The notes under the pieces were generated by a model. That model was not told the origin of the DNA. It saw only the letters and a list, made by a program, of their open reading frames with translations, and ran no database searches. From contig NW_027191417.1 in assembly GCF_041146345.1 (NCBI RefSeq), positions 1,736,001 through 1,800,000 of the forward strand: DNA of 64,000 nucleotides. Reading direction: 5' to 3'. A program made the position numbers and the translations under genes. Numbering within the stretch: position 1 is the stretch's first letter; each line of letters opens with the position of its first letter. This document shows, one piece after another, positions 12,103 through 23,355 of the stretch. Source of the stretch: Neodothiora populina. Taxonomy: Eukaryota.

Positions 12103-13542
12103 ATGTCGCCCCAATATCCAGCGCACGCCTCGCCGCGGCCTGACTACAGCACTTCTCTAGGCCGTACAGTGTCAGACTACGATCTGACCGAAGACAGCGC
12201 CGACAAGGCGGGCGTGAAGCCTTATGAGCGACATGACGCATCAATTGCCCAACCTACACCCATTTCGCCCTCTCAATCCTACTCTGTGCCTCCCATCATA
12301 AGTCCAGCGTTCACACCTCCCACCACACCCGGTGGATCCCTGGATCTGAGCACCCCGCCCTCGTCTACACCAATAGATCCTTCTCTGACGACCGACGCCG
12401 CCGCCCACGCCTCCTCTGATGCTACTTCGACGCCTGAAGACACGACCAATTCCAAGCTGGACCCTCTGCCGGAAGTGTCGTGCGAAGTGCGCGCCCGCAT
12501 CCCGACGACAACGGGCCAGGAAATGTTCCTCCATCTCTACCATAACAATGCAGACAACAAGGAGCACCTGGCCATTGTCTTTGGGCCATACATGCGAAGC
12601 AAGTCTCTCGACGCACCGCGCGAGGGCGAAACGGAGAAGGATCGAATGATCAGAGGTGCGTACGTCGGGACTCTTTTCCCGGGCAGGACGAGTTCGCGCA
12701 TCGAGGCTCTGAAGCGGGAGGCCGGTGTTGCTGTCCCGAACAACAATGGACAGGCGGCAGCAGCACAGGCGACGGACAATACGGCGGGAACTCTACCTAT
12801 GAGCCCCGTGCAGGCCCCGCAGAAGGACGACGAAGAAAAGGAAGCGGAAAAGGAAGAAGCGACGGATCCCTGGAAAGAGGCTCCGCTCGTGCGCATCCAC
12901 AGCGAGTGCTACACTGGCGAAACCGTGTGGTCAGCACGATGTGACTGCGGAGAACAACTGGACGAAGCAGCCAGACTAATGAGTCTTTCCCCTTACGGAG
13001 GTGTGTCTCTTTCTCTTTCAATCATTCAGCCACAAGACTCGCAGCTAACAAACTCCAGGCGTCATCATCTACCTCCGCCAAGAAGGACGAGGCATCGGCC
13101 TCCTGTCCAAACTAAAAGCCTACAACCTCCAAGATCTGGGCCACGACACCCTGCAAGCGAACCTGCTCCTGCGCCACCCGGCCGACGCGCGATCCTACGG
13201 CCTCGCGACCGCCATGCTCGTCGATCTCGGTCTCGGTGGACCGTTAGGCAGTCGCGAACGAGAGCGCGGAATCAGATTGCTTACCAACAACCCTGAGAAG
13301 GTGCGGGCGGTCGAAGGGCCTGGCAAGGAGGTACTGGTCAGACAGAGGGTCGGCATGGTGCCGCTTGCTTGGAGGACGGGGGGTAAGGAGGGCGTGCAGG
13401 GCAAGGAGGTGGAAAAGTACATTTCCACAAAAGTAAGCCTCTTTTTTTTTGTGTCCTCTTCTCTTTCCGTCTTCTCTGGGCTCATGGCTGACACAACTTC
13501 ACAATACAGATTGAGAAATTCAAACACATGTTCAGTTCATAA
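12103..13542 (+). CDS. RIB1: GTP cyclohydrolase II (riboflavin biosynthesis)
   Basis: [74 protein letters not shown]; two introns; ends [10 protein letters not shown]. Confidence 0.95.
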
Positions 13543-14461
13543 GTCTAGTCGCCGACGAACTTTACGAGCCCAAAGAGCGAGAGAGATGAAAGGGGCTACC
13601 TGCGTCCACAAGCGGACTTTGTCGATATGCAACCTCGAGATTGTGGCTACGATCACAAGCAACCCGATCCATATATACAAGGAGAAGGCAAGGGGGGACA
13701 GAAGTAGAAAGAAAAATAGATACCAAACCTTGGAACCTTGATAGGCGACTGGTCAGATGCACTTATCTAGGTCTTCAGAGGCGAAACAAATCCACTGGAA
13801 CCATAATCGAAATATATACACACAAAGTTCTCATCACGCACTTTCCGCATGCTTTGTACTTTCGCTGCTGCTGGCATATAAATTCTGTGGGTCGGAGATT
13901 TGTGTTTCTATACTTGACTTATCTGAGGGATCTTTATGATCTCCCAGCATTGACCAGTTCTTTATTCCTAGATGGGACGATTGTAAGCCGGATGGCAATG
14001 CAATGTGATCCATGAACAATGGTTGACGGATTAAGGTAGGCTTGATACAGTAAAGTAAACAGGTAATTAAGGTACCTGGAGGGAAGGCACGGAGCAAATT
14101 TACCCGATGAGAGGTAGTGAATGTTCCTTCCTTCCCTTGCGTCTCCCCAGGTACTAAATCATCACGAATGAAGGAGGGGCCTCACTGCCTAATACCTACC
14201 TGACTCTACTAACAAATACCGAAACGAAATCTCATCAGGGCTAAGCCAAGGAAGAGACAAGAAGCGAATCACGAGTTGCGCATAGGGTACGACTGCCATG
14301 CCCTCCTTCGATGACGATGGAATGCTATCATGTGTGTGTTCCAATTGTGTTTGTGGTGTGGTGAACATTCTCTTCCTTGGTCCTGTCTATAGCGGCCTAC
14401 TTCGGTAGGCGGGTGGATGTTGGCGTTTATATATATGTTAGTTGATGCGAAAGAGGAAAGA

Positions 14462-14464
<3 letters not shown>

Positions 14465-14510
<46 letters not shown>
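14465..14510. repeat. (AG)23 microsatellite downstream of the mS38 gene
   Basis: Direct reading. Confidence 0.95.
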
Positions 14511-14513
<3 letters not shown>

Positions 14514-14554
14514 TCAGAGCAGAGGAACGAAAAAAAAAACGAAAGAGAAAACGC

Positions 14555-15877
14555 TCAGTTCCTGTCCAGTCTCCGTCTCAAGTTTCTCGTCCTCTTCATC
14601 AGCTTCTTGTACTTGTGCTTCTTCATCTTGAGCTTCCTCTGGCGCTTGACGCTGATCAGCTGCATGCTTCTCTCCTCGTCGCGCTCGGCGCGGTAGTCCT
14701 CGTACTCGAGCTGTCTCTCACGCATGCGCTCGAGGAAAGGGTGGCGGTATTGTCGCTGGGCCAGGGCGTCTTGGACGGGCGTGTTTGATTGTTGCTGTTG
14801 TGATGACGGAGCGAGGCCGATGCGGACCATGGGCGAGGTGCTGGCGGTGTAGTATTTGACGCCGTCCGACGAGGTGTTTTCGGTCACGGTGATGGTGGTC
14901 TGGAAGGACTTTTTCGTGTTGTCGGCGTCGACGTCTTCGGCGGTGCTTGACGCTTGCTTGGAAGCCTTTTGCTTGTTGGATTTCGACACGGCGGCAGCAG
15001 CGGCCGGAGGAGGGGGGTCATGAAGGGACGGAGCTGGCCGACCATCTCCTCGAGGGTCTTGGCTCGGGGTGCGCCGTCGAGGTGTTTGACGCCGTCGGCG
15101 TTGGATGGAGACTCCTGGATGATCTGCCACTGGAGATCTGCCGCGTCCTCCTGTCTCTGCTGCTGGTCCGTGTGCGACTCGAGAGCGTCGAGGGTGTTGG
15201 AGAGGGTGTAGATGACATCGCCGGGGTTCTGCGCGGCGGACGCACGCTTGGCCTTGGAGTCAAAGATGGCAGCAAAGGATTCTTGGGTGGTGATGGGCGG
15301 GAGTGGCGTCGACAGGGCGAGAGGACGGTGGAGGGAGAAAAAGGAAGAGAGGGAGAGATCTGTCACGAGTCAGTAGTGGCCAACAAAAAGAATACAAGAA
15401 ACGAGAAGGGGAGTCAATCATACCCTGGGGATGCAGATGTGCGGTGGCAGCAACCCTCGGTAATGCGTCAAAGGCAGCGTCAGCAGAAGCCTCTCCAGAC
15501 TCGCTCACTTCTGCCATTGCCGCCGCTCCGACCGACTTCTTCGACTTCAGCGCCGCAGCATCCCTGCCTCTTCTGCCGCCTGCCCTTCTCTTTGTCTCGT
15601 TGCCGCTCTCTTTGCTCGACGAAGAAGCAGGAGAATCGGTGGTCAAGGGTTTTGCGCCATTGCTGTTGCCGTTGTTGGACGACGAAGACGAGGCTTTCGA
15701 CGACGAAGAAGACAGACGTCTCTGCTTGGGCTGCAGAGAGGGCGAGGTGGCGCAAGTGGCCAGACAGGCGCAGGCGCAGGCATTCACGCTGCGGGCGGTC
15801 GACGTGGTGTGCGGAAGGGCGTGTATGAAGCTGCCTGCTCCGGCGCGAGTCACGCGGCCGAGTTGTGACGAGAACAT
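14555..15877 (-). CDS. COX24: Mitochondrial small ribosomal subunit protein mS38/COX24-like (DUF1713); apparent 1-nt frameshift near 15012-15017
   Basis: Mitochondrial presequence-like start MFSSQLGRVTR; intron 15423-15360; LSSFFSLHRP; C-terminal SVKRQRKLKMKKHKYKKLMKRTRNLRRRL in a different frame. Confidence 0.85.
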
Positions 15878-16247
15878 GGCTCGACCGATCTGTTCTGTTT
15901 GCTCCTTCGATCTTTTCTTCTCCTTCTCTTGCACACAGTCTTGGTTGGTGTGTCAAGTGGAAGAACAGCAGTCGGGGCCGTGATTGAGTGATCGTGACAG
16001 CAGCAGCAGCAGCACTTGCCGCCCGGTTTGGTGCAGATTGCAGATAATCACGAATTCTTGTGTTTGCTCCGAATGCAAACTCGCTCGGCGCCTACCGCTG
16101 TCTTCCGCAATCGGGCCATCCACCCTTGACTATAGTACCTATATCGAACATCATCTGATCTCCACATGACATCACTCTTCATTTCCCATCTCTGCTTGGT
16201 CTCATGTATACATTGTCCATACTTCTGACTATCCGTGCAAAGTCGCC

Positions 16248-17555
16248 TCAGATGCACCTGCCCTTGCCCGAGTGCCACGCGAAACTGCCTGAGATATTGT
16301 CGCCAGCAATTGTAGGGGATAGCAGCAGCAAAAGTAGCAGTACTGCCGCTACAGCTGACAGCAGCAAGCACAGTAAACCCCACTTCCTCATCGCAGGAGG
16401 TGGAGGTGTACAAGCGGGCGCTGGGAAATTCGACGCCACCACACACTCGATAAGTTTATCTTCTGGCAACTCCGGAAAGTCCATGACCACGATACCGTAC
16501 CGTCGTGTCATTCCCTCGTCGCAATCCTCTCTCAGTGTTTTGAGCGTGCCATACAATCGAACATTGATCCCGTCCACCCATCCCCTAAAGTACCAATACG
16601 CACCCAATGCAATCTGTCGTGGGTTGATCTGATACCACACATTGAACTCGTATGCCGATGCGAAGTTGACATACCAGTGTCTGGGATCCGGATCCTTCGA
16701 CGCCAGCTCAAGCATATGTGCCACATCACCACCCTTTTGTATAACCAGCTGCGGCAACGCCATGGCTGGGGTCGGAGAGTAGTGGTCTTGTATCGTGAGC
16801 AGCACGTGGCCTGGACCTGTGTAAATCATAAAAGGCTGCGGGGGGTTATCCTGCCATCGCGTGACATTGATGCCATAGAACAACAGAGATGAAGTGTCAT
16901 CGTCCCGGTACATCTCTCTACTGTCAATGCCGTCTTTACGAACCTCGGATCTGAATCGTCGGAAGAGTTGTATACGTCCACGTAAGTCACCTAGTGAAGG
17001 CGTCGTGCATTCCGTACGCCAGTACTTTGCGCTCGCCGCGATGATCTCACGTATGCTATCCGCGAAGCCTACTGGATCGCCCCCTCCATCCTTGCCGTTA
17101 TTGTTCTTGTCTTCGGACTTGCGATCCTGTTTGATCTGTATTATTATGCCCTCTGACTTGTGACCGTCGAGCCAAGTATAGATCGTTGACAGTATATCTA
17201 CGAGTTTCAGACCCAACGTCGCTGTACCGTGGACCATCTCGACCGAGCCATTGATGAGGCCGCACCGAAAGTCAAAGTAGCGCACTCCAGCATATAGCTG
17301 GGCTTTGATTGGCATGTTCTGAGTGCTCACAAACGGGAAGGTCGAAGTGTAGGCTGCACTGTCATGTGTGCCGGGTATTGAGAGCGCAGAGACTGGCAAG
17401 TTATCGTCCAATTCAGCCATCCAGCTCTGGAGTTTGAAGACGGGCTTGGCAGGTTTCTTCTTTGACACTTGGTCTAAGTAATCTTGTGGTTCACAAAGTC
17501 CTTTCTCGGCCAGCGAGACACTTTGGAAGTGTTTTGTGGGTGCCATTGCTATCAT
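16248..17555 (-). CDS. PI-PLC X-domain (bacterial-type) phosphodiesterase with C-terminal hydrophobic segment
   Basis: WMAELDDNLPVSALSIPGTHDS, QLYAGVRYFDFR, VHG, LGDLRGRIQLFRRF, IQDHY, GIVVMDFP; intronless. Confidence 0.88.
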   Translation of the reverse strand: MIAMAPTKHFQSVSLAEKGLCEPQDYLDQVSKKKPAKPVFKLQSWMAELDDNLPVSALSIPGTHDSAAYTSTFPFVSTQNMPIKAQLYAGVRYFDFRCGLINGSVEMVHGTATLGLKLVDILSTIYTWLDGHKSEGIIIQIKQDRKSEDKNNNGKDGGGDPVGFADSIREIIAASAKYWRTECTTPSLGDLRGRIQLFRRFRSEVRKDGIDSREMYRDDDTSSLLFYGINVTRWQDNPPQPFMIYTGPGHVLLTIQDHYSPTPAMALPQLVIQKGGDVAHMLELASKDPDPRHWYVNFASAYEFNVWYQINPRQIALGAYWYFRGWVDGINVRLYGTLKTLREDCDEGMTRRYGIVVMDFPELPEDKLIECVVASNFPAPACTPPPPAMRKWGLLCLLLSAVAAVLLLLLLLSPTIAGDNISGSFAWHSGKGRCI

Positions 17556-18250
17556 GGCTGCGACCTGCGCTGGGTAACTGAGCACTGATGTGGCAAATGG
17601 TTGCTCGGGCGCTGTATGAAGCCCGACTTTCAAAGTAGGCGCCGCCAAATACAATTTACGGCGGGTCGCCTTTGTTATGATCAATTGGAACCAGTGCACT
17701 TCCTCCCATGTACACGATCACCGAATGTCGTAAGTCGAGGACTATCGCATGGTCATTGCATCGTCAATACAGTCTTGTTTCATCGGGAGTAGTTCGCCAC
17801 CCACGAGATAGAAGTCAGACGGCACTGCTATACCAGCACAAATACACAGCAGCGATGATTCTTGTTGAGTTGAGATTCAGCAAACACAATGCATTGTCGA
17901 GCGACCAAATGTAGTCCCATATCCAATGACTCCACTAGCGATGCGCCACAGGTCTTGGCGGGCCCTCTTGCTCCACGTTGTCTTGCGCTTGATTGCGGCG
18001 CGGAGACGAGAAGAAACGGTCAGGACGCAGTGGCTGGCCACCTTAGGCCATGTTGCTAACGTGCTTGTACCTTGCAACCGAAGCATGGAGACAAAGACTC
18101 GCTTCCTGCTCTCCATACTAATGCCAAACAACGTGTAGGCGAGAGCATGCGCATCTCCTCGGATACAATTCTCACATGGTCAGAGTGATGTAGTATAGCT
18201 GTGAACACACAATTGCAAATTACAAGGCGTTGCATCAGGTGGTACATACC

Positions 18251-19557
18251 ATGTCTTCTCGTCCTGCGCCTATGGCGCGCAAGTCGACCAAGTCCGAGTA
18301 CATCGAAACGGTAGGTTTTTATTTTACTATTCAGTAAACAACACCACCTCAATCTATCTTGCGCCGCGAAAGATCTGTTAAATGCAGAGACTGTCCATGT
18401 TTTGTCTCCATTGCAGAAACAGAAAGAACACAACAGCCATGATGTTGTACACCAACTTGGGAGAAAAGAAGGAAATGCAACCATACCTCGAGCACCAAAA
18501 CACACTTTTTATACTTTCCTTGCACCACCCACAATCACCAGCCATTTCAAACCCCAACTAATATGTACCTCCATTTCTTCCCTTCCCACAGGACACGGGC
18601 AACAAAATCTCGCGCAAAGCCAAGATCGAAGGCAAACCGAACATCATGCTCGGCGGTCGCACAGTCATCATGGCAGATGTATACATGCGCGGAGACTTGC
18701 ATCGCTTCTCCAATTCTGCCGCCGAGGGAGGAGGTGTTGGTGCTGGGAGTGGTGGGCAGCAAGCACCTACTACTGCGATTAGTATTGGTCGGTAAGTTGG
18801 CGTTCAGTCAGATCCGTGGAGCACGAGAGAGGCTATAAGCTTCTTGAAGAGTTGATGGATGACTGATCCTGTGCACCTACAGATACACGGTGGTCGCCAC
18901 TGGAACCACACTCCGGCCTCCGGCTCGTGTCAGTAGAGGTCAGATGAGCTATTACCCCATGCGTATCGGCGACAATGTCTTTATAGGTATGTGCTCGAGA
19001 AGTCTACTCAATGTCCTGGTCTACTTCGCGGTCTTAGTTACCTCCATCCCTTGGGCAACCCTCTTCTACAACGATATCTTCGCTTTCCCTCGTTTTCTTC
19101 CTGCCGTCATTTACCGATAAGCCCTCTCTCGTCACACATCCCTCTGAGAGCATTTCAGAAATTCCCATTCCATCGATTGAAAAAGAAATGGAAAGGAGAG
19201 GAAAGTGAGCAAAATTAACCCACCATAGGTCCGAACTCACACATCTCGGCAATCTCAATATCTTCACACGTGCACATCGGCGCCAACTCGATCCTATCGC
19301 CCTTCGTAATCGTCAAAGAAAACGTCAAGATCCTGCCCGGCACAGTCGTGCCCCCCAACATGGTCATTCCCGCAGGGAGTATTGTGGCGGGCAAGCCAGG
19401 GAGAGTGATTGGGGAAGTCGGCGAGGGCTGGGGAATTGGTGCTGGGAGTGGAGGCACTGGAGGTGCGGTCGGTGGTACGGTGGGACCGGGAGGGTCTGGA
19501 GAGAGTAGTTGGGTTGAGGGCGGGGAGTTGAGGGAGTTGGTCAGGAGTATCAGGTGA
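18251..19557 (+). CDS. DCTN5: Dynactin subunit 5 (p25)
   Basis: EYIET|DTGNKISRKA.IEG..NIMLGGRTVI..D..MRGDL ... ISIG|RY ... MRIGDNVFIG ... VHIGANSIL..F.IVKENVKILPGTVVPPNMVIP (left-handed beta-helix); three introns. Confidence 0.9.
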
Positions 19558-20014
19558 TTTGCCATCATGGAATTTTGTCTGTCTGTCTGGGCGGAGCTGG
19601 TCGGTTGAGACGGTGGCCAAGGTATCTGGTCTTCTTTCTGTCTTTGCTCTTCCCCCCTCCGCGCCGTTGATCTCATAATACTTGGAACGTGTGGTCGTCA
19701 CTTGTCATTTGCTGATGTGTAAAAGACAGCTTATAGACTCAGAACTACCTTATGTGATCGACTTTCGACCATCGACAATATTGTTGTATTCATCTGATAA
19801 TGACGTAAGACCTTCCTCCAATTGAAATAAGAAAGCAATATACCATTATCTGCTTTCTGACCGAGCTGTCTCAATCACTATTGATAGTGACCGACGGCCA
19901 TGACCGCAGTCTCAGCTGTCATCATGCGCAACCCATCTAGTCGTACGATCACCAAGCATGACTTCCATTGCAGCTCGCCCCCCAGCTGTATCAGCATCCG
20001 CCCCATCCTCATCT

Positions 20015-21349
20015 TCACAGGTCACTGCCCAGTCTCAGACGCAGGATATCGAGCAACCTCGCCTCCCGGAAATAAACCGGATTATCCTCCCCGTAGCAAC
20101 ACCTCAAAATCTCAACTTTCTTGCCCAACCAAAGCACAGCCTCCTGGCTTCTCCGAGCAGCGATACAGCAAATCCCCAGCCGACCACACAAATAGCCCAC
20201 CTCGGGCCCGACCAGCCCTTCCGCTTCCATGATGCCTATCATCGCCTCCAAAGCCTCCATCGCGCGCCCCACGCCTCCCTGCGTCATATCGGTGTTGAAA
20301 GACTGTCTCTCGGCATCATACACAGCTTGCAACTCCCGCAATCTCTCCCTCTGCCCATCACTGCGCGCACGCCTCGGATCAGAACACGCATGGCACTCAC
20401 ATCTAAACCCCCATTTCGCCAACGCCGCGCGTCTGGAGCTCGTCGTTTGGTACGTGCCCGGGATGTAGCTGCTGTGCAACTGCTCGTCACGCGATATGTC
20501 TCGCGTCGCGTGCACGACGTGGGTGCCGCTGGCGTTGTTGTAGGAGCAGAAGACGTTGGGGAGGCACGAGTGGTTGAGGCGCGAGGCTGTGAGGCAGATG
20601 TTGGCGTAGATTCGGGGAGGTGTTCTTGGGTCCGAGGAGGTGGAGGGTGGGGTGACTTCGCAGCCTAGGGCGTTAGTCTCGAATATGTTTAGTATTGTTG
20701 CTGCTAGGCAGGTTGGTGGGGGGTCGGGGGATTGAGTGCAGGGGAATGCTGCTGTGGCTGGGTTGTTGCTTTTTGATAGAGGTTCGAAGGCATCCGTGAT
20801 GCCAGAGCCCGAGTGAGATGGCTTTGGGCTCTCATCGTAAGCCAGGAGGTCGCCGACACCGCCATGCTGTGCGCTATCCAAGTCGACGGCTATGTCGCTT
20901 TGCTTGGATTCATCCAGCTGAGATGAACCTGGTTCCATCCCAACCTCGGCGACATTCCCCATATCAGACACCCCCAATGCACCTTCCAATAAATCATCAT
21001 CCACCACCACCTCGTCCTCCTCGCCACAGTCTTCAGACCCAGGCACAGCCGCCCCCTTCCCATCGTCGGAGTCAACCAGCCCCAGCTCCCGCGTATCACT
21101 CCACTCAGTCCCATTCTCACCCTCGTCCTCGTCCTCGTCCTTCTCACGAGCGAAAAGCATCATATACATATCCCTCTGCTCGGGCGTCAAGTCCCAGAAG
21201 CTCCGCAGGACGAGATTCGTCATGCCTGCGTCTCGTGGGACTGCGAGGAGGGGTTCTTCTTCGATGAGGCGCGTGCCGGCTGGTATGTCGCGCTTTGCGA
21301 AGAGGCCGAGCCCGATGGGTCCTGCTTGTCGGAGTTCGTAGAGTGCCAT
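20015..21349 (-). CDS. SET-domain lysine methyltransferase with acidic insertion and helical/TPR-like C-terminus
   Basis: GLGLFAKRDIPAGT, IFETNA, SRLNHSCLPN, HATRDI..DEQL..SY, WGFRCECHAC post-SET; 444-aa intronless ORF. Confidence 0.88.
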   Translation of the reverse strand: MALYELRQAGPIGLGLFAKRDIPAGTRLIEEEPLLAVPRDAGMTNLVLRSFWDLTPEQRDMYMMLFAREKDEDEDEGENGTEWSDTRELGLVDSDDGKGAAVPGSEDCGEEDEVVVDDDLLEGALGVSDMGNVAEVGMEPGSSQLDESKQSDIAVDLDSAQHGGVGDLLAYDESPKPSHSGSGITDAFEPLSKSNNPATAAFPCTQSPDPPPTCLAATILNIFETNALGCEVTPPSTSSDPRTPPRIYANICLTASRLNHSCLPNVFCSYNNASGTHVVHATRDISRDEQLHSSYIPGTYQTTSSRRAALAKWGFRCECHACSDPRRARSDGQRERLRELQAVYDAERQSFNTDMTQGGVGRAMEALEAMIGIMEAEGLVGPEVGYLCGRLGICCIAARRSQEAVLWLGKKVEILRCCYGEDNPVYFREARLLDILRLRLGSDL

Positions 21350-22165
21350 TTTTCGGGTTTAGGGAGCTGGTAAGGATGGATGAGATGAGCAAGGCAGGGG
21401 ATCTGTTTCATGCGTGAGTTTTGTGGGTCTAGGCTGTTGCTTCGGGGCTTTTCCTACTGGAAAGGCAAGAACGCAGGAAGAGAAAGAGTGAAGATGGTAG
21501 TAGTCAAGTGATGGACGGGGTGAAGCCGTGGACTGCTTCCGTGAAGTGAGGAGACAACTCTGGAAGCCAGCCCTGGATCCTGGTGAGGACGATGCTGTTG
21601 CTTGTCCTAGAAGGCCTTTGTATTGTATGATGACAAAAGATTCAGGGTGACAAACATAGATGCTTGTGAGTGGGAGTGTGGTCAATGGAGAGAATAATGC
21701 CGGAACGCGCCCTTATGTCGCAATGAGCCTGATGTGATGCCTCGCTATCGCTTCGCTAGATCGCAGCAGATTCCTAAGCACTACTCGCCGTTGGAACGCG
21801 TCGGTAGTGATGCTCACTTTGTCCTCTGGTTGAGGAAACTCACTCTTTCACTTAGTGGTGAAGAGGTGTAGACAGCAAAGTACCACAGCACTATCTCTAT
21901 CACTTTCGTATTGAAGAGCCACACCACTGGGCTGAGTAAATATTCAGATTAGGCAAGTAGTCTCAAGTATCGTCTGAGTCCTTTCCAGACCAGAATAAAT
22001 TTTATATTTGGAATTAAAACGAGAACATATGGCCTGTGTCCGAACCAGTGATGTTCGGCTTCTGTATTGTCAGTCTAATCTAACGGATCTATCAAAGTCA
22101 TCAGTCGTGAGTATCTCATTCGATACGGCCGTCAACGCTCGAACTTGCTCAGCAAGTGACCTTTC

Positions 22166-23355
22166 CTATCGCAGGCGCTGTTTTATAGTGAACCTATTCC
22201 TGTACAAGGCTCCAAATATGAAGGCGAGGATCCAAACCTTGATGATATCAATCCACAGTCGCCAGCCAAGTGATTCATCCTGCCTGCCATCATACTTTCT
22301 GCACACGTCCAGAAACAGTTTGGGATTGTCTGTCAGCACACCGTCGATTTCGTGATGGATACACCACTTCATCTTGTCCTCGGCATTCACAGTCCAGGCT
22401 AGCACAGGCCGTTTGGCTTTCTTGCATTCCCTGATGAATTTCTTGCCTCCTGGTGCTATGAGTATTGGTAGCAGCATGTTGAATGATAAGTTCGGTACAG
22501 CTAGGAATTGTCGTGCGTAGGCTAGACTGAAACCAATGTGAGTGATGGGAAAGCCGGGCATGTAGTGTGTAGAGAGGTCGATATACTTGGCTGCCCAGCA
22601 ACCTAGTACAATGCGCTGAGACCAGGGCTTATGCAATGCTGCAGGGACCGATGCGATTGTTTTCGCGATTAGGCGCATTAGATTGTCTGCATCATTGTCC
22701 ATCTGAATAAGTGACAGGAGTCAGTAAGGCCGCATGATTTATTGGGTGCCATCAAATGATCAAGAGCAAATGAAGGGTTCCTTGGTAGAGAGATTCTGAC
22801 TGACCTTTAGATCTAAAACCAGCCAAATGTGTTCATTTTCGCTTTTCGCCAGGAAGTGAAGGAGATCGAAAAGCCGCGGCATCCGTTGTCGAGGCTCGTC
22901 GACTGTCCATAGTGTACTGACGAAGTCCCAGTCGACATCCAGCAGCTTCTCCGGCCGACCAAAGCAGCGCTTTAGAGTAGCATCGTGTGATAATACAACA
23001 ATATTGTCTTTGGTAATGTGTACATCGGTCTCGATCGCATGTGCACCTATTGAGACAGCACCTGCGAACGCGCCCATGGTATTTTCCGGATATGCTGCTT
23101 TGTATCCGCGATGAGCGATAGCCTGGGGAAATTGCCGTCCATGATTATATTTTGTGGAAGTAAACGGGCCTAGAAGATTATAAGCACTGATACGGATTCA
23201 AATAGGAAGGCTGACAAGAACAACTTACAAGATGATATTGATTTATCAGGACGCAGCCCCGATGGATCTGACATTGTTTGCGCTCCCAGAGGAACGTAAG
23301 TAGTTGAGGCAGAGAATTGGTCCAGAAGTGGTTTTGTCTCCAATGATCTATTCAT
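22166..23355 (-). CDS. Glycerophosphodiester phosphodiesterase (PGC1-like phospholipase C)
   Basis: AIAHRGYKAAYPENTM, IETDVHITKD..VVLSHDATLKRCFG, WTVN, DGVLTDNP, C-terminal hydrophobic helix; two introns. Confidence 0.9.
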
